DNA from: Paramoeba atlantica
Taxonomy: Eukaryota; Protista; Discosea
Length of the DNA stretch: 64,000 nt
Assembly: GCA_977017575.1 (NCBI GenBank)
Contig: CDRNVI010000040.1
Location: forward strand, 1-64,000
Direction of reading: 5' to 3'
Positions 1-8,402 of this stretch are shown here, piece by piece; position 1 is the first letter of the stretch, and every line of letters starts with the position of its first letter. Under the pieces are notes generated by a model. The model was not told the origin of the DNA and did not search any database. It saw only the letters and a program-made list of their open reading frames with translations. The position numbers and the translations under genes are program-made.

Positions 1-1650
1 CACAATGCTCTGTTTGCTACCATCGAAAGCTCTTCAGGAATTCGCCAAGGATCGGCACTTTCATCAATGTACTTCTGCGCACTTTTGCAAGGCCCGCTAC
101 GAGAACTCATGCACCTCTATCCTGACGTGAAGATCCGAGCATACCAAGACGATGTGACTTTGAGCTCCAAAAACGTGCAAGCATTGGAGGCAGCTTTCTT
201 TTACCTGCGTGAGATCGCCGCAGAGATGAACCTCCGAATTAATTTCCGGAAATGCGATTGGTTTCAGAAGAACATTCCCAACATAGCTCAGCCTCCTCCG
301 TTGGAAAAACTTGGAGTAAACTTTTGCAGTGATGCGATAAAAGTCTTAGGCGCATACGTAGGTACAGACCAAGTCGTGGAAAATCTGCTGATCAAGAAAA
401 TGGAGAAACACAAGTGCCTATTCCGCAGGTTGTTGCTTATGGGTCCCAGTAACTTGTCTCTTGCCATTCTCCGCCGTTGTACGATTCCACGGCACGATTA
501 CCATCTACGAGTACATCGGCCAGGCGCTACTTTCCAACTAGCACAATCCTTCGAGAACCAAGTAAACAAAGTTCTAGAAAAGTGGAGTGGAGCAGACGCA
601 AACGCCCTGAAACTCGCCGCTCTACCACAGAAACTCGGTGGCCTAGGCTTAATTTCCTCGACTCTGAAGCAAAAACATTTCTTCGAAACTGCCAGCAAAT
701 CTATTGATGAGCACCTTAAACCCAATAACGCTCCGGTAGATCAGAAAGGCAGCGAAAAAGCTGTGAAACAACCGCAAAGTCGAGGAGAGGCAGCGCGCAA
801 GCTATTGAAAAAGAAGCTAAGTGCAGAACACGATAAACAGATAACTGAGCTGCAGAAGGATTCTCACATGGGACTTTTATTGAAGCGTACAAAGGAATCA
901 AACATGCATTTAGAAAGCACCAGCAATTATGTAAACCCGTACCTCTTCCGATACACTTTGATGATGCGTTTGGGCGTCGGATTACATAACGCACCGGCCG
1001 ATGTTATATGCCCTGGATGCTGTGGCCATGAATCTCCTACCAGCATTATACCACACGTCGCAGGATGCTCCCGGTGCTCGGGCATGAATTGCACCAGAAA
1101 GCACTCACACATAGTGAGGTACCTCGCAGATTTGTGCTCCAAAGCTGGTCTCCCTTGTATTATCGAACCGCGCATCCATTCTTCGTTTTTCTGTACTAAG
1201 TGCAAGTGTTCCATCTCAGCGGAAGTAGCTGAACATCATCCTTGCAAAGCCCGCAGAATCCGATCCGGTCCTGATCTTGCTATTATGTGGCCCCACATGG
1301 GGGAGGTCCTGTATGATTTTACCGTTGTTCACACTTGTTGCAGCAGCTATGCCAAACAAACAAGTACAGCGCTGATGCAGCACGTGCTCGACAAGAAATT
1401 CAAGAAGTACGTTACGGAGAAAGGCGTAGAAAGCGACTCTTTTCGTTGCCTGGCCGCCTCTGACTGCGGTCTTCTGCACAACGACACCAAAACCCTCCTC
1501 AAGGCATTATCCCAACGAGCCAAACAAAAGTACGAAGACGTACGTGAGGCCTTCCAACTCGAGATAGAAAAGCTAGCAGCGTATACTATTGTATCGCAGC
1601 TCCGCGAGTATATTCCAGAAGCACATTGGATTGGTGGACTGCGTCAGTGA
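1..1650 (+). CDS. CRE/SLACS-clade non-LTR retrotransposon, family I: RT (C-terminal part) + restriction-like endonuclease; 5' part lies outside the window
   Basis: Open from position 1 (..SGIRQGSALSSM..), RT motif AYQDD, CPGC..H..C knuckle, KH (RH-type) motif, EPR, RSGPDL and YDFTVVH endonuclease motifs; homologous to ORFs ending at 28491, 34022 and 62120. Confidence 0.85.
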   Translation, partial: HNALFATIESSSGIRQGSALSSMYFCALLQGPLRELMHLYPDVKIRAYQDDVTLSSKNVQALEAAFFYLREIAAEMNLRINFRKCDWFQKNIPNIAQPPPLEKLGVNFCSDAIKVLGAYVGTDQVVENLLIKKMEKHKCLFRRLLLMGPSNLSLAILRRCTIPRHDYHLRVHRPGATFQLAQSFENQVNKVLEKWSGADANALKLAALPQKLGGLGLISSTLKQKHFFETASKSIDEHLKPNNAPVDQKGSEKAVKQPQSRGEAARKLLKKKLSAEHDKQITELQKDSHMGLLLKRTKESNMHLESTSNYVNPYLFRYTLMMRLGVGLHNAPADVICPGCCGHESPTSIIPHVAGCSRCSGMNCTRKHSHIVRYLADLCSKAGLPCIIEPRIHSSFFCTKCKCSISAEVAEHHPCKARRIRSGPDLAIMWPHMGEVLYDFTVVHTCCSSYAKQTSTALMQHVLDKKFKKYVTEKGVESDSFRCLAASDCGLLHNDTKTLLKALSQRAKQKYEDVREAFQLEIEKLAAYTIVSQLREYIPEAHWIGGLRQ

Positions 1651-1901
1651 GTCGACCAACAAGTTCGCACATTAGAAAAGCTCTTAAAAGTTCTTATTAT
1701 TATTCACAACGATTATCCGTGTTTAGAATGCCTGCGAGATTTAGGATAATACGAACGATCTTTGGGAGAAGGCTCAGAAAAAAAAAAAAAAAATTTAGGA
1801 TGATTGATATAATGGCCCTTGGGGGCACATAATATTTATATTATGAGATATGATTTGTTTGTTTTGTTTCTGTAGCTTTTCTAGTAGTAAAAAAAAAAAA
1901 A

Positions 1902-2750
1902 GTGTGCAAGGTTGGTGAGGCAAGCGCATCTATAGAAGTGACGGAGGCCGTGGCTAACCAGCGCGCGCACAAAGAGTTGTTGAAAGACAAGGACCTCTCA
2001 CCACTTGTGCAAGTCTGCAGCGAAAAGGGCAATAATGATTGGCTCCAAGCGAAGTCAAGATACATCCCATCCCCACAGTTCACGTTGATGATCATGGCTC
2101 GTCTAGGGTTGGCTCACAGCGAGATGCCCAATACAATACTGTGCCCCTGATGCAAAATGATACTCGAAGCGAAAAATGCGTTACCACACTTCCTGGGATG
2201 TGTGAAATGTTTCGGCTCAAATGCTACTACACGGCACAATGCCTTAGTTCGACACATATACGATCTGTGCCTGAAAGCTGGTCTCCCGTGCGAGCGAGAG
2301 CCTCGGCAGTTCTCGACATTTCGTTGTGTGAAGTGTGCAGAAACGGTGGCTGATGGCCAAAAACTACATCATCAGAGGAAATGTGGCACACATTCGTTTC
2401 ACCGCAGTGGACCTGACTTAGTCGTGTTCTGGGCGACAGGCGAAGTTTATTACGATCTCACAGTAGTCAACGAACTTGCGAAATCACACTTGGGAAAAAA
2501 AGCGAGTCACCTATTACAAGAGGCTCAAAAAAAGAAAGTCGCAACATATGTGGACTCCAATTTAATTCCGCGCGAGCAATTCGTATGCCTACCGCTTTTG
2601 ACAGGTGGTGCCATGAACAAGAGCACTATAAATTTCCTCCATAGCCTCGCGGATGCAAACGGATTCGAACGCCGTCATATTCTTGAGGACTTCAAGTTGC
2701 TTCTTCAGAATTGAACGGAGCTCTCCTGGCTTCGCAACTGCGAAAGACAA
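1902..2750 (+). pseudogene. 5'-truncated CRE family I fragment (RLE domain)
   Basis: CP*C (TGA in place of Gly at 2148), RHNALV, CEREPR, RSGPDL, YYDLTV; 1-nt deletion near 2706 (the shifted frame gives QELNGALLASQLRK, as in homologues). Confidence 0.8.
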
Positions 2751-2809
2751 TGCAATAAAACAGGTCATCTCATATTACAAGATGTTATTATTACAAGATT
2801 TTATCATTA

Positions 2810-3134
2810 CTAAGATCACTATCGGATTACATATCCCAGGGTGCGCTCAGTGTTCGGGGCAGAACGCTACCGTGAAGCACAATCGTCTCGTCAAATACCT
2901 CTTTGACCTAAGTCAAAAGTCAGGGATACCTTGCGAACGTGAACCTAGGGCCTTCAGTTCCTGGAAGTGCGCCACATGTAAAGTGGCTATGAATCCGGAA
3001 AACAGGGGAATTCATGAGAAGACATGCTCAGGGCGGCAGTTGTTCAGGTCAGGCCCTGACCTCGTGATTTATTGGTCAACAGGCGAACTGTTTTACGACC
3101 TTACAGTGATTCACGAGCTTGCGCCGTCGAACAT
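2810..3134 (+). pseudogene. CRE family I RLE fragment, left half; interrupted by YR element V1 and continued at 7980
   Basis: HIPGCAQCSG..KHNRLV..CEREPR..RSGPDL..YDLTVIHELAPSNI; joins in frame to 7980 onward (ISKTCANLAKEAIKRKH). Confidence 0.8.
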
Positions 3135-3304
3135 TAAAAGTTTACGAAAAGAATTGTACAATGGAAATTTTGATTTCTGAGAATTATATTTACGTTAGTT
3201 GGCCGACGGGCATTGTACGTTTGTTATTCATAAACTAGTTTATATAGTGACACAAAGCATTATACAGTGAACTGGTAATAGAGCGCGTTTTTATCCTTTG
3301 AAAC
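3135..3304 (+). repeat. Split direct repeat A1 of V1 (170 bp)
   Basis: Matches 7519-7688 (TAAAAGTTTACG...CCTTTGAAAC). Confidence 0.9.
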
Positions 3305-3333
3305 GATAAAGATACAGTTTCTGTACCTTGTTG
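3302..3333 (+). other. Spliced-leader exon relic (AACGATAAAGATACAGTTTCTGTACCTTGTTG)
   Basis: Contains the kinetoplastid SL core GATACAGTTTCTGTAC and ends in TTG; no GT intron follows; gag ATG is 30 nt downstream. Confidence 0.85.
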
Positions 3334-3362
3334 TTGTTTTTGAAACTTTATCTTATCCTTTG

Positions 3363-4430
3363 ATGCCTCCGTCGCCGCGTAGCTCCATAGAGGCACGGAG
3401 AAGCGTGTCCCGTGAACCTTCAGTGGTACCAGACAACCCCATGAGTAGAGAAGAGTTGGCCGTGGTGAAGACGAGAGTTTGTGAGCAACTGCTTCTTTCC
3501 CGCGATCAGAATCCTTCGTTGCACATTAAGGCGGCATGGAATCGGAAGAACGCGGCGACTTCGGCGAAACAAATATCCCACGGGAAAGTACGTCGAGTCG
3601 GGATGGAAATGTGGGCGGTATGGGAAGAGGAGCCAGATCGAGAGTATCCATTTCCCCACAAAGAGTTAAATTACTATCGCATTGATCTAGAAGACGGACT
3701 GGGACACTCGAGCGAAGGACAAGAGTGTGCGTTGGAAGGCGGACGGCCCCTGCCTATTAACGTGCAGCCCTTTGGATCTGTAGCGACCTACAAGATTGAT
3801 CCGTATGAACCTGTGACTTGGCCGGGGCATATAGATCAACGCAACGACGACGGCTTTCGAATTAAGGACCTTTTTCGAGAATTAAAGGAAGCTCCCGAGT
3901 ATGGTTTGAGATTGAATCAATATTATCAGGACAAATCATTTCAGATGCAACAGGAGCGGAATTTCGATCAGTTGCTGGGAAAGTGGATATTGTTGGCACG
4001 CCAAACTCCCGGCTGGAATGAAGGTCCGTTTTTGGAGTTGGGGAAAGCGATAATCCAAAGTCTACGTGATGCTTACTGGCGTGCTTGCAAGGTAGACGTG
4101 GAGGCGGTTCACCGAAAAATGGACAAAGATGATCGGGCGCACGACAAATTCTATCAGCATGTAACAGATCAGTTGAGTGAGCGTGAAAAGCAACGTAGTC
4201 GGTACACTTCTTTCTCTGCGCTACGACGAACAGGGACATATTTCGGAGGAGGATCAACAGGTCAATATTCACAATCGTTTCGCCCCTCGTACGGAACTTA
4301 TCGCGCGCAATGTTACAATTGCAGATCACCAGACCATTTGATTAAAGATTGCCCATACAAACGCACATCACCGCCGGATTTTCGTCAGCGGACGGCTGGC
4401 AACGCCCCCCAGGGCGGAAAGTCGTTATGA
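3363..4430 (+). CDS. Gag-like protein of V1
   Basis: CCHC knuckle CYNCRSPDHLIKDC near the C-terminus; YDPVTW-type motif (YEPVTWP) shared with V2 gag. Confidence 0.8.
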   Translation: MPPSPRSSIEARRSVSREPSVVPDNPMSREELAVVKTRVCEQLLLSRDQNPSLHIKAAWNRKNAATSAKQISHGKVRRVGMEMWAVWEEEPDREYPFPHKELNYYRIDLEDGLGHSSEGQECALEGGRPLPINVQPFGSVATYKIDPYEPVTWPGHIDQRNDDGFRIKDLFRELKEAPEYGLRLNQYYQDKSFQMQQERNFDQLLGKWILLARQTPGWNEGPFLELGKAIIQSLRDAYWRACKVDVEAVHRKMDKDDRAHDKFYQHVTDQLSEREKQRSRYTSFSALRRTGTYFGGGSTGQYSQSFRPSYGTYRAQCYNCRSPDHLIKDCPYKRTSPPDFRQRTAGNAPQGGKSL

Positions 4431-5594
4431 AACGCCCGTCCATTAATCGCCAGTGTTCCTCGAGTCACATACACGCGTATAGATCCAGGAACGAACATCT
4501 CGCATACAATACCCGCCAAACGCGGCAGAAGCAAAGCAGTCAAATACAAGAGGATACATCCAGGGGATCAAGGGGAGAGTGTAGCGAAGAGAACGCGAGT
4601 GATACAAGGGGGTGTAAAAAATGTGAAAGACTCGAATGGAAGATCAATTGCTTGTGGAAATTTGTACCAGGGAACATTGAGCCTGGAATGCAGGAGTGTG
4701 GCTCGGAAAAATCTTTTGAGTCTGTTGATGGGGGTAAGCAGGATTACTCCCGAGGTACGCGTGGCATTGGACGCGATGTCCGGAATGTGGAGCTCGTCGA
4801 CGTGTGAGACACGAGCAAGGTTGTGGGAAAGGTTCCTGGTATATTGCACCGGGAATCATATAAGACAGACACCCCTTCACGCAGTGACGTTCGTGCAACT
4901 TCTGCCAGTGTCAATACAAACCAAGGTGTCCTACGGAAGGGCGCTAATGACCTTATTCAACCTGATCGGATTAAATACTGTCCCAATAAAATTCTTTTGC
5001 AAAGCTCTTCAGGCACAAGGAGCAGAGGAGCCAGTACATCAAATGCAGCCGTTGACACCATTCCTACTGAACAAGATACGAAGAAGGTGCACCCAATCCG
5101 AAAGTCAAACATTGCTGATGTGCTGGAAGGCAGCATCCCGTTGGTCCGAAACCGCCAATTTGACCAAGGACAAATTCGTGGAAATATCACCGCAAAAGGT
5201 TGTAATTGCTTGGGGAAGGGGGACAAAGGCTACAAGGTGCAACCCGTGGCGCGAATCGATGTACACAGTCATCCAGGGCCAGGGCACAATCGAATTGGCT
5301 CAATACGTAAGTACGCTCAGGTCATGGGATCGAATGTGCCGGACAAATGTGAGAGAGATGGACAGGAATATAAAGAGGGTTCTGGGAGAGGGTTTCGGCA
5401 CACATTCCGCCAAGAGAGGAGCGGTAACGCAATTATTCCAGGAAGTTGTCAAGGGGACAGTGGGAATCGAAGATGTGAAAAAATTAGCGAAGCACCAGCA
5501 GATCGAGTCCCTGTTGCGTTACAATTCAAACCCAGTTACCACCGCGCTAGCTCTAGGAACGGGGAAGGCGACAGCCAAACTGAGGACGCTTTAG
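4431..5594 (+). CDS. Tyrosine recombinase of V1 (frame open from directly after the gag TGA; true start uncertain)
   Basis: CWKAASRWSE (R), GTHSAKRGA (HxxR), KH...LLRY (H, Y) catalytic motifs. Confidence 0.85.
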   Translation, partial: NARPLIASVPRVTYTRIDPGTNISHTIPAKRGRSKAVKYKRIHPGDQGESVAKRTRVIQGGVKNVKDSNGRSIACGNLYQGTLSLECRSVARKNLLSLLMGVSRITPEVRVALDAMSGMWSSSTCETRARLWERFLVYCTGNHIRQTPLHAVTFVQLLPVSIQTKVSYGRALMTLFNLIGLNTVPIKFFCKALQAQGAEEPVHQMQPLTPFLLNKIRRRCTQSESQTLLMCWKAASRWSETANLTKDKFVEISPQKVVIAWGRGTKATRCNPWRESMYTVIQGQGTIELAQYVSTLRSWDRMCRTNVREMDRNIKRVLGEGFGTHSAKRGAVTQLFQEVVKGTVGIEDVKKLAKHQQIESLLRYNSNPVTTALALGTGKATAKLRTL

Positions 5595-5596
5595 CA

Positions 5597-7243
5597 ATGA
5601 AGGAGTTATTTCGAGAATATTTGCGGGACATGCCGCAGGAAAAGCATCGATACACGATTGTACGTACCAGACGTACGACAAAATTGGCCACGGAGGAAGA
5701 TTTAAAGCTACCACTGCACGTAAAGAAAATTCCCAAAATGGATGTCAATGAAATTGAGAACATGATGAATGGAAGTACAAGAAACCGGTTTAGAGAAACG
5801 TTGAATACTTTGTTGGATCGGAGGAAGAAACCCGATAGTGAGCCAAAGGTAAATCCACGATTGAACATGGAAGATATTAGTCATTTGCTAGACGCACGTA
5901 TTGTTTCGCGTGTTTCCCCTGAGGAGGAGAACAAAAGACCATCCAATCAATGGGTGATACCGTTCACAGTAGTTGAGCCTGCGGACGATAAAGGGGAAAC
6001 GGAGAGGCGGCGCTTCATAGCCTGGACGAAGGAGGATAATGAGCGAATTAAGAACGAGTACATGCCGCACGTCCCGTTAAAACACGCGGCTTATTATCTC
6101 CATCGAGCGCAGGAAGCTTTTGGTGTGAAGCGTGACCTGACATGTGGATTTTATCAAGTACCGATTCCGGTAGCAAGTAGAACAAAATTTCGATTTCGCG
6201 CAGTAAACGGTGAGTTGTTTGAACTTAATGTGATGCCAATGGGGCACCGGTGCGCCCCGGAACTGATGCACACCATTACATCCACAATCGCAGGAGATCC
6301 GGAGTATTGCAGAGCCGAGACGGCGTATACAGAACAGTTTAAGGTCGATGTATATGTGGATGGATTGAGAAGTGCAGGTTCACTAGACCAAGTTCAGCAG
6401 TATACGGAATTTGTGGAAACTCGCGCGGAGAAAGTTAACGCCACGTTTAAGGATAAAGAAAAGGAGCCCATGAAGCAGTATGTTTTTAATGGCGTGGAAT
6501 ACAGCCATACCGAAGGTAAGGTAAGAATGGGACCGAGGATCGTGAAAAAGATGCAAGGCGATACTTTTCGGAATGCAACGTACGGAAAACTAGAATCAGC
6601 TGTGGGTAGATTAGTCCATGCATCAGCAGTACTGGGAGAACCCGTTGCCAATTACCACTTCACCTTAAAATTAGTGCGGCGCCGTATAAATGCGTTAAAC
6701 AATGATCCGACATTATTGGATGTGAAGGTTCATCTTCCCCCCAATGTAACCATGGACTTGACGCGATGGAAGAAAAAGTTGATTTCAAACATATTCGTGG
6801 CGCCGCCGCCTCATCCCGACACTGTACCACATAGCCACGTTTTGTATACGGACGCTTCGTCAAAAGGTTGGGGAGGAATAATATATTTGGACCACGGTTC
6901 CGTGATATGTGTGGGAGGTCGCTGGGAAGATGATTTCGATTATGAAGTCAATCGAGCGGAGACGAGGGCCGTTCGTCTCGCGTTCGAGAAATTGTCGCAC
7001 CATTTTCAACGAGGTACCTGCGTAGACCTATTTATTGATAATACATCATGCTTAGCTTCCATATGCAAAAAATCGACCAAATCGGATGGAATAAATATCG
7101 AATTGATAGGTTTACTTAAGTTTTTAAAGAGACAGGGTATAATAGTACAGCCGCATTACATTCCGTCAAAACTGAACCCTGCGGATCCAATAAGCCGAGG
7201 AGGATGGGATTGCGACAATGTGGCGAAAGGGGTGAAAGATTGA
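5597..7243 (+). CDS. RT-RNase H of V1 (frame also open upstream to 4823, overlapping YR)
   Basis: KRDLTCGFYQ, PMGHRCAP, YVDG; RNase H motifs LYTDAS.GWG, NRAE..AV, IDNTSC, NPADPISR. Confidence 0.85.
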   Translation: MKELFREYLRDMPQEKHRYTIVRTRRTTKLATEEDLKLPLHVKKIPKMDVNEIENMMNGSTRNRFRETLNTLLDRRKKPDSEPKVNPRLNMEDISHLLDARIVSRVSPEEENKRPSNQWVIPFTVVEPADDKGETERRRFIAWTKEDNERIKNEYMPHVPLKHAAYYLHRAQEAFGVKRDLTCGFYQVPIPVASRTKFRFRAVNGELFELNVMPMGHRCAPELMHTITSTIAGDPEYCRAETAYTEQFKVDVYVDGLRSAGSLDQVQQYTEFVETRAEKVNATFKDKEKEPMKQYVFNGVEYSHTEGKVRMGPRIVKKMQGDTFRNATYGKLESAVGRLVHASAVLGEPVANYHFTLKLVRRRINALNNDPTLLDVKVHLPPNVTMDLTRWKKKLISNIFVAPPPHPDTVPHSHVLYTDASSKGWGGIIYLDHGSVICVGGRWEDDFDYEVNRAETRAVRLAFEKLSHHFQRGTCVDLFIDNTSCLASICKKSTKSDGINIELIGLLKFLKRQGIIVQPHYIPSKLNPADPISRGGWDCDNVAKGVKD

Positions 7244-7258
7244 CTGGCGAAAGGGTGG

Positions 7259-7979
7259 TCCCCGCGTGGACACCCGTTCGAGAAAGGGAGGGAAGGGAGT
7301 TCTCTCCAGGAAAAAGTTCATGAGGTATATAAAATAGATTTGATACTTACTTCGCGAAGTTGATATTACAGTACTGGTGAAGATAATGTCTTTTACTCTG
7401 TTGTCCATGATGGATGTTATATTTCGGTAGCTCTGTAGTTCTACAGATTAAACATTACAGTTTACATACGCTTACTATATCTGATTGACTATATGTTTTT
7501 CTTCCGGAAGTGCAATTCTAAAAGTTTACGAAAAGAATTGTACAATGGAAATTTTGATTTCTGAGAATTATATTTACGTTAGTTGGCCGACGGGCATTGT
7601 ACGTTTGTTATTCATAAACTAGTTTATATAGTGACACAAAGCATTATACAGTGAACTGGTAATAGAGCGCGTTTTTATCCTTTGAAACTTTTTGCCCCAC
7701 CCACCAACCCCCAAACCACTCCCCGCGTGGACACCCGTTCGAGAAAGGGAGGGAAGGGAGTTCTCTCCAGGAAAAAGTTCATGAGGTATATAAAATAGAT
7801 TTGATACTTACTTCGCGAAGTTGATATTACAGTACTGGTGAAGATAATGTCTTTTACTCTGTTGTCCATGATGGATGTTATATTTCGGTAGCTCTGTAGT
7901 TCTACAGATTAAACATTACAGTTTACATACGCTTACTATATCTGATTGACTATATGTTTTTCTTCCGGAAGTGCAATTC
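7259..7979 (+). repeat. B1-A2-spacer-B2 block of V1
   Basis: 260-bp B repeated at 7259 and 7720; A2 lies between them, followed by a C-rich spacer (CCCCACCCACC...). Confidence 0.9.
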
Positions 7980-8177
7980 TAGTAAGACATGCGCGAACCT
8001 GGCAAAAGAAGCAATAAAACGGAAGCATCAAACATACGTAGAATCAGGAAAGATCCCTGACGTAGCTTTCCAATGCTTGCCGGTTTTTTCTTGCGGATCC
8101 TTGCATCAGAACACCCGATTCCTCATCCATGCTTTGGCGGACGCTGCGTGCCTTGATCGCCACAGAACAGAGAAAAA
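7980..8177 (+). pseudogene. CRE family I RLE fragment, right half (continuation of 2810-3134)
   Basis: SKTCANLAKEAIKRKHQTYV..FQCLPVFSCGSLH..LIHALADA matches CRE C-termini. Confidence 0.75.
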
Positions 8178-8209
8178 AACGATAAAGATACAGTTTCTGT
8201 ACCTTGTTG
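8178..8209 (+). other. Spliced-leader exon relic at the 5' end of CRE-A
   Basis: Same 32-mer as 3302; followed by a 41-nt UTR and ATG at 8251. Confidence 0.85.
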
Positions 8210-8250
8210 AATTGTTGTAAGATCAACCTTTTTATTAAGATCTTTTTGTG

Positions 8251-8402
8251 ATGGGCATGTTCACTCGGAGCCGAGCGAAAGATACTGGAGTAGCTCCAGT
8301 TGTCCAGCCTCTGCCAACGACCCGCCGCAGGAAGAAACCTACGGAGGAACGGCCTCGGCCGGCACCGTCTGAATCGCGAGCAACTGGACCGCCGCCGCTT
8401 GA
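8251..8402 (+). pseudogene. CRE-A ORF piece 1 (MGMFTRSRAK...GPPPL)
   Basis: ATG follows the SL relic; cut by the LINE1 insertion. Confidence 0.7.

Larger units (their letters stand above)
3135..7979 (+). mobile_element. Complete tyrosine-recombinase retrotransposon, VIPER/TATE-like gene order (family V1)
   Basis: gag-YR-RT/RH order; split direct repeats A1 3135-3304, B1 7259-7518, A2 7519-7688, B2 7720-7979; excision restores the flanking CRE reading frame with no target duplication. Confidence 0.9.

Noticed and set aside
1860-1880. Sixth SL relic (GTTTCTGTAG)
   Set aside because: Only a 9-nt match in T-rich sequence, with no CCTTGTTG end.
3302-3333. Functional SL RNA genes at the five SL hits
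   Set aside because: None is followed by a GT donor or a shared intron, and the upstream flanks differ, so there is no repeated gene unit.
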